Shown: positions 19,985-29,638 of the stretch, piece after piece | How positions within the stretch are numbered: position 1 is the stretch's first letter | Layout of the letters: each line of letters starts with the position of its first letter | Source: Candidatus Aenigmatarchaeota archaeon | Lineage (GTDB): Archaea > Aenigmatarchaeota > Aenigmatarchaeia > CG10238-14 > SCSR01 | Direction: 5' to 3' | DNA: 64,000 nucleotides | NCBI GenBank assembly: GCA_030615205.1 | Contig: JAUWZS010000001.1 | Location: 209,492 to 273,491, forward strand | Program-made: the position numbers and the translations under genes | Notes under the pieces: model-generated | The model's input: only the letters and a program-made list of their open reading frames with translations | The model's database searches: none | What the model was told of the DNA's origin: nothing

Positions 19985-20179
19985 TTATTGAGTTATCGAT
20001 ATTACACCAGGTCTATAATACATTCCACTTTCAAATCTCAACAAATTCTTCTGGCCATTCGGCAAAATATGACTGTATTCAAGGAAACTCCTTCCACAAT
20101 TTCTACAGAATATTCTTTTGTTGCCGAAACCGTCAACAAAACGCATCGTCCTATGCGACTTGCAACGTAAACACTTCAT
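19985..20179 (-). CDS. small zinc-ribbon protein (possible transposase N-terminal remnant)
   Basis: MKCLRCKSH...FCRNCGRSF is a CxxC-x17-CxxC ribbon like those at the N-terminus of IS1/IS1595-type transposases. It is isolated in a 540-nt gap. Confidence 0.3.
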   Translation of the reverse strand: MKCLRCKSHRTMRFVDGFGNKRIFCRNCGRSFLEYSHILPNGQKNLLRFESGMYYRPGVISITQ

Positions 20180-20275
20180 CTAACACATCTCCTAAGAAGA
20201 GTTTGTCTTTTAAAGTATACACTCCCTTCGAAGGGGGTCAGTTCCGATGAGAGTCCTGCTGATAGTGATGATAAA

Positions 20276-21367
20276 TTAAGTAAGATTAGAAACATTAGAA
20301 ATTATACAATTTTTGAACTTTTCAAAATCAGATGTCCTAATAGAACCACCAGCAGCATGCCTATGTCCGCCCCCACCTAATGTACAACATTTTTCCATCA
20401 ATTTTCCTAAGTGAATTTTGCCACTTTGATATCTCGAGTGGACTTTAAAATTCTCTCCACGTCTTTCAAGCAAGATTATAAATTTGTCCTCGTTTTCAAA
20501 ACTAATATCGTTTAAGAGTGCTGAACCCATTCTTTTGAGAGTTGGAGTTATTACAGAGATAATTATGTTGTCAATTTTTTCAGCTTTGTTCCAAAATTCT
20601 TTTTCCACACCATTATACGCTTTTTCGAATTTACTATAGGCAGAAATGACTTTAGGATTTGATTTTAGTTTAGACAAGTTTTCAGATTCTATAAGAATCT
20701 CAATTACATTTCTAGCTTCTATTATAATCGTTCCATAAACCATTTTAGAAACTTTCCAAAAATCCGTTTTAATTACATCTTTCTTCTTTTCAACATGCAC
20801 CCATTTTTCCAAAAGATCCTTACAATCTTCAAATGCATAATCGCCTATTGTGCCAAGCACCGCCAACCATTCTAAATCTTTTAAATCAACGATCGAAGAC
20901 AAAAATTTATATACGATATAACTGGTAGGCTGGTATATCTCTTCATTTTCAAATCTCGGATTTATGTAAACTATTTTATCTGCATTCAAATCCACCCTCA
21001 AGGAGTGATGATCTATTATAAGAGTTTGGCCTTCAAAATTTTCGAACTCTTTTTTAAGGTAAGAAACGTCAACATCGAGTATAATTATTTTATTGTAACT
21101 CTTGACATCCTCACTTTTAACTAAATTTTCTATTTCTTCATTTGCAGCAGCGGTTATCTCTATCTTTATATTTTTATCAATGCGCTTCAACCCAGCAAGA
21201 AAAATGGCTCCAGAGCAATAACCATCTACATCTGTGTGATGAATTAAAAGAACATTTTCCGAAGGATTTATGCTTTCAATAAAACCCTTTCCTTTTTCAA
21301 ACAAATCATTTAGATTTCTTTTCTTTGGACTTTTGCTCAGACGATTTTTGGATTTCAGAGCCTTCAC
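20276..21367 (-). CDS. DHH/DHHA1 family phosphoesterase (RecJ/NrnA-like)
   Basis: HHTDVDGY, DHH (IIDHHS), and the DHHA1 motif GGGHRHAAGG. Confidence 0.8.
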   Translation of the reverse strand: MKALKSKNRLSKSPKKRNLNDLFEKGKGFIESINPSENVLLIHHTDVDGYCSGAIFLAGLKRIDKNIKIEITAAANEEIENLVKSEDVKSYNKIIILDVDVSYLKKEFENFEGQTLIIDHHSLRVDLNADKIVYINPRFENEEIYQPTSYIVYKFLSSIVDLKDLEWLAVLGTIGDYAFEDCKDLLEKWVHVEKKKDVIKTDFWKVSKMVYGTIIIEARNVIEILIESENLSKLKSNPKVISAYSKFEKAYNGVEKEFWNKAEKIDNIIISVITPTLKRMGSALLNDISFENEDKFIILLERRGENFKVHSRYQSGKIHLGKLMEKCCTLGGGGHRHAAGGSIRTSDFEKFKNCIISNVSNLT

Positions 21368-21974
21368 CTAATTTTTTTAATGTTTCTTCGTCCAACAAAA
21401 CCAACTGGACTGGTTGTTGTGCACCACCACTCATTCTAAATTCTATTATAGATGCCATATTATCCAGATGATGAAAAATAAGAGCTTCGAAATTTCTTGG
21501 AGGTGTTGGACCGCTTTCTCCAAAATGTGAGGCAACTATATGTATGATGTCTTCTGGAAATCCCCGATGATAAAGTTCGGCAACAGCGAGCATCGTATGA
21601 TCAAGCATTATACCTGTGTGTTCCAATCCCTGTGGTCCTCTCTTCCACTCAAAAACTTTCATTACATCATGCATGATAGCGGCTGCAATAAGATTATCGC
21701 GGTTCAAAGGTAACCCATAAGTTTTTTCAAAAACGTCTGCTGTATTTTCACACAACCCCACTACAGCTATAGTATGCTTTAATACAGTTCTCTCAACCGT
21801 AGAAGAGCCACCAGGGCCACCAACTGTAAACATTGAGGCAGCGTCTTCGATAGGCATTTTCGGATATTTGGAGAAGTCTTTGTTTGAAAGCTTCAAATCT
21901 TTTAGAAAACTGACTACAATTTTTCTTAATTTTTCATTCTTTATTTTTTTGGATAATTCGATCAGTTTCTTCAT
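21306..21974 (-). CDS. HD-domain metal-dependent phosphohydrolase
   Basis: H...HD signature (LKHTIAV...IMHDVMK), plus downstream HHLD. Confidence 0.7.
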   Translation of the reverse strand: MKKLIELSKKIKNEKLRKIVVSFLKDLKLSNKDFSKYPKMPIEDAASMFTVGGPGGSSTVERTVLKHTIAVVGLCENTADVFEKTYGLPLNRDNLIAAAIMHDVMKVFEWKRGPQGLEHTGIMLDHTMLAVAELYHRGFPEDIIHIVASHFGESGPTPPRNFEALIFHHLDNMASIIEFRMSGGAQQPVQLVLLDEETLKKLGEGSEIQKSSEQKSKEKKSK

Positions 21975-22051
21975 TCTAATTCACTACTACTTAATTCACT
22001 GTTATTTCTTCTCCATTCATACGCATTTAAACATTTCTTTTATTTAAATTT

Positions 22052-22336
22052 CTATCCAAACAATGCTCCCAACCCAGCCGCTGCTTCTTCAGCCTTCTTA
22101 CTTTTGTCCTCTTCAGCCTCCTCTTCTTTCTTCGCTTCAGCTGCAGGTGCAGCAACAGCTATAGCCGATTGCTGTATAGCCTCTTCTATATTAACACCTT
22201 CCATACTCGCGACCAATGCTTTTACTTTTGCATCGTCAGGGCTGATTCCGGCTCCCTGAAGGACTTTTTTAATATTTTCTTCGTTTATTGGCTGTTTTGC
22301 AGAATGCAACAGCAGAGCTGAATATACATATTCCAT
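22052..22336 (-). CDS. rpl12: 50S ribosomal stalk protein P1 (L12e)
   Basis: [11 protein letters not shown]... N-terminus and an acidic/Ala-rich tail ending GLGALFG. Confidence 0.9.
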   Translation of the reverse strand: MEYVYSALLLHSAKQPINEENIKKVLQGAGISPDDAKVKALVASMEGVNIEEAIQQSAIAVAAPAAEAKKEEEAEEDKSKKAEEAAAGLGALFG

Positions 22337-23190
22337 TATTTCACACCTCCGTTTTTAGTTGCCGTTTCTTTTTCTTTTTCACTTGTTTCTTTTGTGCTTT
22401 CCTCTTTTTGCTTTTGTGATTTCTTTTCAATCCCAGCCAAACCACTAATGGCTTTTGCAGCTTGATTAGCTTTGGCTAACAAATGTTTTATATTTTCTTT
22501 TACTGGGAACACAATAGACACGGATAAATTCAATGCGTTGTTGAAAGCTTGGGACAACATCTGCGGATATTCTGTTGTCAGTATCAAAACATCTTTAGTA
22601 TAAATATCTCCGCTCGCATACACGGCAACAATATTCAATAAAACCTCCATGGGCTCTATTTTTAATTTTCTTAATGCGTTGGCCTTTACCGCAGATATAG
22701 TTTCACCTTCTTTTACAACGCATGCATCTTTTTTTACCACAATCTTACCACTCTCTATACTTGCCGGCACACCTGCTTGCTGCAGCTCGCTTATTGCCGG
22801 GCCAGCCATCAGGCTCGTCGGACCTGCAGACACCCATATATCCTCTTTTGCAATATCACCCTCTTTTGCAAATGTTTTGGATCGTAGCTTGTTCACAAGT
22901 GTGTATAGTCTGAAAGTCTCTATATCAGTGAGAATAATGGCGGGCTGTTTTGGCATAAAAGCTTCTATATCTTTTATCTTTTCCTTTTTCGCGCCATCAA
23001 TTGCGAATTTTAAAATAATATTTTTAACCATTTTTATTTTAGCCTTTCCTCTCAAACTTTTTCGTATCTCTTGTAATTGTTTGCTAGGCATTTTGTGCAT
23101 ATCTATCAACCCTATAACCGGAGTTTTTTCTATCTCTTCCCGAAGCATTTCAACTGCTTTTAATTTTTCTTCCTTTACCATCAATATCAC
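22336..23190 (-). CDS. rplP0: 50S ribosomal protein uL10 (P0)
   Basis: Position between L1 and P1. Typical uL10 N-terminal domain and a charged C-terminal tail. Confidence 0.85.
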   Translation of the reverse strand: MILMVKEEKLKAVEMLREEIEKTPVIGLIDMHKMPSKQLQEIRKSLRGKAKIKMVKNIILKFAIDGAKKEKIKDIEAFMPKQPAIILTDIETFRLYTLVNKLRSKTFAKEGDIAKEDIWVSAGPTSLMAGPAISELQQAGVPASIESGKIVVKKDACVVKEGETISAVKANALRKLKIEPMEVLLNIVAVYASGDIYTKDVLILTTEYPQMLSQAFNNALNLSVSIVFPVKENIKHLLAKANQAAKAISGLAGIEKKSQKQKEESTKETSEKEKETATKNGGVK

Positions 23191-23206
23191 CCTTTGCTAT
23201 CATCGC

Positions 23207-23824
23207 CTATAACTCTATCTTAACAGGCCTTCCCATCGTAAGCTTTATCAAAACTTTATTTATATTGTTTCTCCCTTTCGGAAGTCTCTTTTCCAAAAAC
23301 TTCAATACAACATCTATATTTTCAGCAATATCTTCATCCTTCATGCTCTCAATCCCAACAATACACTGAATTACAGGCGAGTCTTTTACTCTGATTCGGA
23401 CACTTTTTTTATGTTTTTCCACTGTTTCTTTTAGATTCCCAGCAACGATACTCGGCATTTTTCCGCGAGGTGCGAGTACACGTCCCAGACTCTTACCGAT
23501 GACTGGCATCAATTTAGGTTCAGATAAAAAGAAATCTGTGATTCTGGAAAGTTTCTTTAACTCTCTTTTATCTTTTGCCAATCCATCTATGTCGCTAGAA
23601 CCATATGTTTGACAATCAACGTCTTTCACACTATCTGCAAAAAGAACAACTTTGGCGTCTTTGCCACGGCCATTGGGGAGAACAAAAGGTTCATTTATTT
23701 TATTCTCGGATTTTTTAGTATCTATAAGTTTAAGGTTGACTATCAGATCAAAACTCTGCGAGAAATTGCGCTTCTTCAAACCGGTTCTAGCTTCTTTGAC
23801 AGCTTTGAGTGTATTTTCATTCAT
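23207..23824 (-). CDS. rpl1: 50S ribosomal protein uL1
   Basis: FDLIVNLK...PNGRGK...VLAPRGKMP motifs. Sits in the L11-L1-L10-L12 operon context. Confidence 0.9.
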   Translation of the reverse strand: MNENTLKAVKEARTGLKKRNFSQSFDLIVNLKLIDTKKSENKINEPFVLPNGRGKDAKVVLFADSVKDVDCQTYGSSDIDGLAKDKRELKKLSRITDFFLSEPKLMPVIGKSLGRVLAPRGKMPSIVAGNLKETVEKHKKSVRIRVKDSPVIQCIVGIESMKDEDIAENIDVVLKFLEKRLPKGRNNINKVLIKLTMGRPVKIEL

Positions 23825-23898
23825 CTTTATTCCCTCCTGCCGCAGCAGTAAAGCGGGTTATTGTAAGAGTTATTTGTTTGCATAGACTTAAAAATATT

Positions 23899-24159
23899 AT
23901 GGAAAGAAGGCATATTTACAGATTTTTGGAATTTTTATTGGTTGGGTTTATTATGGGAATTGCTGAAGATCTTATAGCAATACATTTCGCAACCGATGCG
24001 ACCATAACTATGGAAGTTATAGTTGTAGCGGCTTTGGTAGCACTCCCATTTGCAGTATTCAGCGAGCTAATAGTAGATTGGAAACATATAAAATTCGTTC
24101 ACAGGGGAGTAAACAACGTTAAAAGCGTTGTAAAGAAGAGCCACTTGTTAACGAAGTAA
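23899..24159 (+). CDS. small membrane protein (hypothetical)
   Basis: From the ATG at 23899: MERRHIYRFLEFLLVGFIMGIAEDL... with two predicted TM helices. The upstream part of the track ORF overlaps rpl1. Confidence 0.3.
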   Translation: MERRHIYRFLEFLLVGFIMGIAEDLIAIHFATDATITMEVIVVAALVALPFAVFSELIVDWKHIKFVHRGVNNVKSVVKKSHLLTK

Positions 24160-24654
24160 TTCATCCCATTTACCTTCATCTATTTCTTTCAAGACTTCTT
24201 TCGCACTTTTTTCTTCAACCTGTATGCCTGTCATACTTCCAGCAGTGCCGACAACCTGCTTCACCGCTGATTTTAGATCTTTGACCAACATCTCATTGAT
24301 TTTCATTTTTGCGATTTTTACACATTGTTCCATTGTGATACTGCCTAAAACAGTCTTACCAGCAGTAGTATCCTCTTCAGTAAGTTTTGCCTTTTCGATA
24401 CCGATTTCTTTCTTTATCATGCTCGAGACTGGCGGGATGCCGACTTCTACGTCTACACTTTTGGTATCCTTATCAATTATTATTTTTACTGGTACTTGCA
24501 TACCCTTGTAAGCCGCTGTCTGCTCGTTAACTTTCTTGAAAACATTGCCTATGTTCAGCTTGTACGCCGAAAGTTTTTGTGCCGAGCTAGGGTCCGGATT
24601 GGCTTTTCCGCCTTCTACAAGCAGTTCTATGACTTCTTTCTCTGGCATTATCAA
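24148..24654 (-). CDS. rpl11: 50S ribosomal protein uL11
   Basis: GKANPDPSSAQKL..., PVKIIIDKD, and the operon context. Confidence 0.9.
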   Translation of the reverse strand: MIMPEKEVIELLVEGGKANPDPSSAQKLSAYKLNIGNVFKKVNEQTAAYKGMQVPVKIIIDKDTKSVDVEVGIPPVSSMIKKEIGIEKAKLTEEDTTAGKTVLGSITMEQCVKIAKMKINEMLVKDLKSAVKQVVGTAGSMTGIQVEEKSAKEVLKEIDEGKWDELLR

Positions 24655-24704
24655 ACAACTCGATTTTTCCTATCGTCTTTTCAGAGAATTAAATTTTAAT
24701 ATTT

Positions 24705-25151
24705 TTATCTTTGTCTCTTCGCACGTTCTAAAAGTTTGACGAACTCAACACTTACGGTTATTGGTATAGGTATGGCAACATCTAGAAGCTCTATTGTAAC
24801 TTCCCTTTTTGTTTTATCATATCTCGTGACTTTGCCACGCTCTCCTTTGAACGGACCACCAATAACTTCTATAATATCTTTGAAATCCAAATCAATTTTG
24901 ACTTTTTCAGGCTGTAAGAATCGTCTTATCTGTTCTATATCTACAGGCTTTTTAATGATGCCCCGAATGTGGGGAACCATTTGTAATGCCTTTTCAATAT
25001 CTTCCAATTCACCTTCGACAAATATGTACCCTCTTATCTCTTCGGGATGGACAATTGAAAAAATGTTTAAATTTCCAGTTTTTGATTTAGAAGCCATATA
25101 ATCTGCTACTATATTTTCCCTTCCAACAACCGTTTTTACAGTGTATATCAT
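24705..25151 (-). CDS. spt5: transcription elongation factor Spt5 (NusG)
   Basis: NGN domain (VKTVVGRENIVA...GYIFVE) and a KOW motif (GPFKGERGKV). Confidence 0.9.
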   Translation of the reverse strand: MIYTVKTVVGRENIVADYMASKSKTGNLNIFSIVHPEEIRGYIFVEGELEDIEKALQMVPHIRGIIKKPVDIEQIRRFLQPEKVKIDLDFKDIIEVIGGPFKGERGKVTRYDKTKREVTIELLDVAIPIPITVSVEFVKLLERAKRQR

Positions 25152-25174
25152 TTATTCACACTCCATTCATTCTA

Positions 25175-25357
25175 TTACCCCAAAAAGAGCACAGATATCA
25201 AATAAACTAAAAATCCTACAAGACCAACTATTATCAACCCTATCATACATATCTTCATTGAGCTTGAATAATCGCTAAATTCAGGCTTCTTTGCGATTTT
25301 TAGTACACGCAAATAATTTCTCAGTTTTCCACGAATATTAAGATTCATCGCGTCCAC
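25175..25357 (-). CDS. secE: protein translocase subunit SecE/Sec61-gamma
   Basis: 60 aa with a single C-terminal TM, directly upstream of spt5 as in most archaea. Confidence 0.75.
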   Translation of the reverse strand: MDAMNLNIRGKLRNYLRVLKIAKKPEFSDYSSSMKICMIGLIIVGLVGFLVYLISVLFLG

Positions 25358-25391
25358 ACCGATCTTTTAAATGATTTTTTAAATATTAATA

Positions 25392-26510
25392 TCACTCTAG
25401 AAATTCGACACCTAAAAATTGTTCTATATCTTTTTTAGCTTTTCTGGTCCATGGCTTTCCCGGTCCGAATATCTGAGGGGATTTAACACCGGTGACTATA
25501 AGCAACGCACGAACGCGATCGCCCAAATCTTCAGAGATCTGAGCACCCCAAATAATTTTCGCGTCTGGTGAGAGTCGCGCGGAAACAGCTTCTACTATTT
25601 GTTGGGCCTCTCTTATAGTTACACTATTACCGCCAGTCACGTTTATGAGTGCTCCTGATGCACCCTCTATATCGATTGTAATTAATGGGTTGTTGAGCGC
25701 CCGCTCAACTGCTTCAAATGCACGGTTTTCACTATCGCTTTCCCCGACTCCTATCATTGCCAGGCCGCCTTGTCCCATCACAGTTCGAACATCTGCAAAA
25801 TCAAGATTAACAAGGCCCGGTTTTGTCACAAGCTCGGCGATACCTTTAACAGAATTCACAAGAATCTCATCAGCGATTTTGAATGCAGTTAATATACTTA
25901 CATCCGGAACAATCTCAAGGAGCCTATCATTAGGAATGACAATCAACGTATCTACCACACCTTCGAGATTTTTTAGACCCTCTTTCGCATTGCTCATCCT
26001 TTGTTTCCCTTCCATTGTGAAAGGTAGGGTAACAATTGCAACTGTGAGCGCACCAATCTTTTTGGCTATGTCCGCAACTATCGGTATACTGCCTGTGCCT
26101 GTACCCCCGCCTAGACCACATGTCAAAAAAACCATGTCAGCTCCACGTAGAGCATTTTTAATTTCTTCTTTCGACTCCCTTGCTGCTTCCATACCCAATG
26201 TCGGGTTTGCGCCAGCGCCAAGGCCTCCAGTTACTTCCTTACCAATTAAAATTTTAACATCAGCATCAGTGTATAAAAGATCCTGCGCATCTGTATTGAT
26301 CGCAATGCTTTCAGCGCCTGTTATACCAACCTCCATAAGCCTGGTTACAGTATTACCGCCAGCACCCCCACAACCAACAACCTTTATTTGAGTTCGTCTA
26401 GTTTCTAAAATGGTTCTAAGCTTCTCATCCTCTTCACTTTCTTCTACAAATCCTTTTCTGGCTTTTCTTTTTACCATTTGTCTAATACCCATAGAATCTC
26501 CTGTGTCCAT
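25392..26510 (-). CDS. ftsZ: cell division GTPase FtsZ
   Basis: GCGGAGGN, the tubulin signature GLGGGTGTGS, and NTDAQ. Confidence 0.95.
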   Translation of the reverse strand: MDTGDSMGIRQMVKRKARKGFVEESEEDEKLRTILETRRTQIKVVGCGGAGGNTVTRLMEVGITGAESIAINTDAQDLLYTDADVKILIGKEVTGGLGAGANPTLGMEAARESKEEIKNALRGADMVFLTCGLGGGTGTGSIPIVADIAKKIGALTVAIVTLPFTMEGKQRMSNAKEGLKNLEGVVDTLIVIPNDRLLEIVPDVSILTAFKIADEILVNSVKGIAELVTKPGLVNLDFADVRTVMGQGGLAMIGVGESDSENRAFEAVERALNNPLITIDIEGASGALINVTGGNSVTIREAQQIVEAVSARLSPDAKIIWGAQISEDLGDRVRALLIVTGVKSPQIFGPGKPWTRKAKKDIEQFLGVEFLE

Positions 26511-26560
26511 AAAATCTTCTAATACCTACTGTCTTATAATTAATTAAAATTCTCAAATAT

Positions 26561-27280
26561 TTATTTCTCGGTTTTTGGTTTATTTTTGGCAATGCCGCTA
26601 GTTTCTTTAGACCGAAGCGTTTCGGCCTTCTCAAAGACCTCAACAAACTTCACTTTACCAATTCCGCACCATTTGATAACGGCATCTGAAATCATTTTCT
26701 TCACAGGTCTCACTACATCGACATCTTTTTTAATTTTTATCTCAGCTTCTTCGTTTTTGCAGATAACATCAACATCGTCTATTCCTGTAAAATATTTTAC
26801 AATTGATTTAACTTTTTCGGGGACCTCTTTCACTAGTGACTTTATCTCAATTTCATATTCAAGCGTCTTTCCAGCAAGCGGATGGTTAAAGTCAACTTTT
26901 ACCCTGCCACCGCTCACGCTCACTATTCGTCCTTTCAAATTACCAATATTCACAACAGCACCCGGCGAAGGATCCAGCTTCTGCTCTTTGAATTTTCCCA
27001 ATGGTATGGTTCTGATCAACTTATCTTTTCTCTCTCCAAAGGCTTTTGCCGGCGGAATGTCAACTTCTTTCTTTTCGCCAACCTTAGCATCTCTTAATGT
27101 TTCGTCAAGTCCTTTTATTATAAAATCTGCGCCAACAATAAGGACAACAGGATTGTAAGAAACTTTGGGATTGTATACATTCTCCTTCTTTGCAATTTCT
27201 TCTTTTGTCAGATCGAAAATTTTTCCAGTATCCTTTATTCTGCCAACATAATCAACTTCTACAAAATCTCCAACTTTCAT
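26561..27280 (-). CDS. FKBP-type peptidyl-prolyl cis-trans isomerase (long archaeal type)
   Basis: MKVGDFVEVDYVGR...GKIFD, an IF-domain insert, and FNHPLAGKTLEYEIEI. Start chosen at 27280 (alternative 27301), because the longer track ORF would overlap the upstream small Cys-rich ORF. Confidence 0.8.
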   Translation of the reverse strand: MKVGDFVEVDYVGRIKDTGKIFDLTKEEIAKKENVYNPKVSYNPVVLIVGADFIIKGLDETLRDAKVGEKKEVDIPPAKAFGERKDKLIRTIPLGKFKEQKLDPSPGAVVNIGNLKGRIVSVSGGRVKVDFNHPLAGKTLEYEIEIKSLVKEVPEKVKSIVKYFTGIDDVDVICKNEEAEIKIKKDVDVVRPVKKMISDAVIKWCGIGKVKFVEVFEKAETLRSKETSGIAKNKPKTEK

Positions 27281-27312
27281 TATTACTACATCTCTGAGCA
27301 TGCTTAAAAGTT

Positions 27313-27492
27313 TTATTTTCTTATGTCTCCTGTTACACCATGTCCGCCCACACGTTTTATCCCGCCACACATTCTGCAGAAACCGGTTTTAGAATCTACG
27401 CAGTTTGGACAGCACTTACTTCCACACGCCTTACATGTGTATAAAGCTAGAGCATGCCTACCACAACATGCGCAAATTCCACTAATGACCAT
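27313..27492 (-). CDS. small Cys-rich zinc-binding protein (59 aa, below ORF-track cutoff)
   Basis: Own translation: MVISGICACCGRHALALYTCKACGSKCCPNCVDSKTGFCRMCGGIKRVGGHGVTGDIRK. It has 10 Cys arranged as CxxC-type pairs and fills the gap between tRNA-Leu and the FKBP gene. Confidence 0.45.
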   Translation of the reverse strand: MVISGICACCGRHALALYTCKACGSKCCPNCVDSKTGFCRMCGGIKRVGGHGVTGDIRK

Positions 27493-27513
27493 TTTATCAT
27501 CTTTTTCAATTCA

Positions 27514-27653
27514 TGCGGGAGGTGGGATTCGAACCCACGAAGGCACTAAGCCACAGGGTTTCTTATTTAGCTTGGTTTTCATCATCTTTTCATCTGCGCT
27601 TAAGATGTATAATCTTAAGCCCTGCGCCATCGACCAGACTAGGCGACCCCCGC
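27514..27653 (-). tRNA. tRNA-Leu(UAA), class II, with ~53-nt intron at the canonical 37/38 position
   Basis: Hand fold: acceptor GCGGGGG/CUCCCGC, anticodon stem CAGGG...CCCUG, loop CUUAAG-[intron]-A, long variable arm UGGCUUAGUGCCUUC, T arm GUGGG-UUCGAAU-CCCAC. Confidence 0.75.
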
Positions 27654-27722
27654 TTGTTTAACAGATAATTTTTTCTATATTTAAAACATACTTTTGAGAA
27701 CAAGAAGCGATTATAACTAATG

Positions 27723-28514
27723 TTATTTAACTTTCTTCAACGCTTTTTTGAATTCTTCCATTTTACTTCCAAGAATTTTTGCTGCAATGAATACAATTTC
27801 CTCAGGCTTTAATCCACTGATTGACTCGACATTAAAAACAAACGTATCTTCCATTGGCGTGATTTGTATTTCATCTTTTTTACTTGCTTCGGTACATTGC
27901 ATGCATAGGTTACAGTTTACAGGGTCTTTAACAACGAGTCTGCCATTATTGCTTTTGAAAACCCCTCTTGGGCAAATATCAACAAATTTTTCAAGATATT
28001 TTTTATCAATTTCATTTGTTTTTATTTTTGGCATGTTTTTGTAGCCAACAACCGCGGCTTTCCATTTTGCATGTTCTCTTCCTAGGCCTAGCTGAGCAGT
28101 TGCAACGAACTGCAATTCTTGATCCCCGAAGAGCTCGACTATAGCTATCTTCTCTATAGCAGTTTTTACGCTTTTATCCCCCGATTTCAAATTATCTGAA
28201 TGGACCATTCTAGGACCTTTCTTCTTCAAACTTATTTTGACTTGACATCGACTGCATCCTTTGCCACCACATTTACATTCGCTCGGCAGGTTGTACGCCT
28301 TTCTATCATAGGTGAGTGGCACCTGCCCTAAGCGGTTTGCAAGGATTTCATCTGGCATAGCCGAACCATTTTTCTTAAAATCGACCCATTCTATTGCCAT
28401 TGTAGGAACTTCTGAAATCATTATTCTCCTAAGAGAACCAGCAAACGATGTCTTTACCCCGCTTACTAAAAATTTAATTTTTGAATTGGTTTTTTCCAAA
28501 ACTTCTATTTCCAT
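27723..28514 (-). CDS. rpoD: DNA-directed RNA polymerase subunit D (Rpo3)
   Basis: N-terminal dimerisation-domain pattern (LRRIMISEVPTMAIE), an inserted Cys cluster (CKCGGKGCSRC; CPRGVF...CNLCMQC), and position downstream of S13-S4-S11. Confidence 0.85.
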   Translation of the reverse strand: MEIEVLEKTNSKIKFLVSGVKTSFAGSLRRIMISEVPTMAIEWVDFKKNGSAMPDEILANRLGQVPLTYDRKAYNLPSECKCGGKGCSRCQVKISLKKKGPRMVHSDNLKSGDKSVKTAIEKIAIVELFGDQELQFVATAQLGLGREHAKWKAAVVGYKNMPKIKTNEIDKKYLEKFVDICPRGVFKSNNGRLVVKDPVNCNLCMQCTEASKKDEIQITPMEDTFVFNVESISGLKPEEIVFIAAKILGSKMEEFKKALKKVK

Positions 28515-28614
28515 AATACGCCACCCATTTTTGAGTTATATGTCCATTCTATTAATCGCCATTTGTACTAATCATTTTGTTTTAACACGAATTATAATTT
28601 AATCGGCACTATAA

Positions 28615-29061
28615 TTATACTCTCCTTCCTCTGCGGCCGCCCTTCCTTCGCGTTACGTCATGTGGTATTGGAGTCACATCTTCAATCATACCAATTCTAA
28701 GCCCGCTTCGGGCCAAAGCCCTAATTGCAGCCTGCGCACCAGGCCCAGGGGATTTGTCGTGGTGACCTCCACGAGCACGCACAAGAATATGGACACCTGT
28801 TAATCCGTTTGAAAGCGCCTCTTCAGCTGCTTTTTTTGCGGCCTGCATAGCTGGGAATGGCCGTCCCTGCTCTCTATCTTTATCGGTCATCATACCGCCA
28901 GAGTATCTTGCAATGGTTTCAGCACCTGTCAGATCGGTAATGTGCACCATTGTATTATTCGACGTGCTAAATATGTTTGCTACTCCCCATCTTTCTTTTT
29001 TTCCAATTCTAGTTCGTTTTACACTTTGTCTTCTTTCCATAGTTTCAGCGTCTCTCCTCAT
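28615..29061 (-). CDS. rps11: 30S ribosomal protein uS11
   Basis: [18 protein letters not shown]...[11 protein letters not shown]. Confidence 0.9.
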   Translation of the reverse strand: MRRDAETMERRQSVKRTRIGKKERWGVANIFSTSNNTMVHITDLTGAETIARYSGGMMTDKDREQGRPFPAMQAAKKAAEEALSNGLTGVHILVRARGGHHDKSPGPGAQAAIRALARSGLRIGMIEDVTPIPHDVTRRKGGRRGRRV

Positions 29062-29084
29062 TTTACCATCCCTTAATCGGCTTT

Positions 29085-29615
29085 TTATTCTTTTTGTACG
29101 GTCAGTGTCGTAGGTTTATTTGCGGCTTTAGTTACATCTGCTTTAGCTACAGGTTTAATTTTGCGTTTGACAACTTCTATTTTGTTCTCTTCAGTTTTCG
29201 GTATAAGATAACTTGGGTAACTTGCTTTTTTACCCCCAATTTTTACATGACCATGTACTATCATTTGTCTTGCCTCTTTCACCGTACTTGCAAGACCACG
29301 TTTAAAAACAATCGTCTGTAATCTGCGATCTAATATGTTTTCTACGCTTAAACTCAAAACATTGTCTAAACCAGTGCCCTTTTCCAAAATACCCAGTTTT
29401 GCTAACTTATCCATAAACTCTTTTTCAGTTTTTATATCCTTTGTTGCAGCCAATCGCCTTGCTAAACGCCTGTACTTTCTGAGCAAAGTTTCTGCATTCC
29501 AAATCTCACGTTTTCTCAAAAGTCCAAACGTCTTTTTTAATTCTTTATCTCTTTCAATCCTCGTTTTATCCCATATCATTTTGGGTCGCTTGTATTTCTT
29601 CTTCGACTTCCTCAT
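29085..29615 (-). CDS. rps4: 30S ribosomal protein uS4
   Basis: An S4 domain ([30 protein letters not shown]). Confidence 0.9.
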   Translation of the reverse strand: MRKSKKKYKRPKMIWDKTRIERDKELKKTFGLLRKREIWNAETLLRKYRRLARRLAATKDIKTEKEFMDKLAKLGILEKGTGLDNVLSLSVENILDRRLQTIVFKRGLASTVKEARQMIVHGHVKIGGKKASYPSYLIPKTEENKIEVVKRKIKPVAKADVTKAANKPTTLTVQKE

Positions 29616-29638
29616 CTCATCACTTGTTCACTGAATTT

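Noticed and set aside
20236-20275. CGAUGAG ... CUGA ... UGAUGA string next to the nop5/fibrillarin neighbourhood, a possible C/D box sRNA.
   Set aside because: The first box is not canonical, the box spacing is only ~7 nt, and no terminal D box precedes the DHH gene stop.
25645-26391. 248-aa ORF antisense to ftsZ. Similar long antisense ORFs lie at 17418-17984, 22649-23212, 26586-27158, 29790-30239, 59953-60363 and elsewhere.
   Set aside because: They overlap strongly supported genes on the opposite strand and translate to low-complexity Ser/Pro/Thr/Ile-rich sequence with no motifs. These are typical shadow ORFs.
27560-27600. GAUGAAAAGAUGAUGA inside the tRNA-Leu intron. Intron-encoded C/D box sRNAs are known from some archaeal tRNA-Trp genes.
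   Set aside because: No CUGA D box is present anywhere in the ~53-nt intron.
27323-27661. 112-aa + strand ORF.
   Set aside because: It runs across tRNA-Leu and the small Cys-rich gene on the opposite strand, so it is spurious. The same applies to 42793-43032 and 42812-43042 across tRNA-Val.
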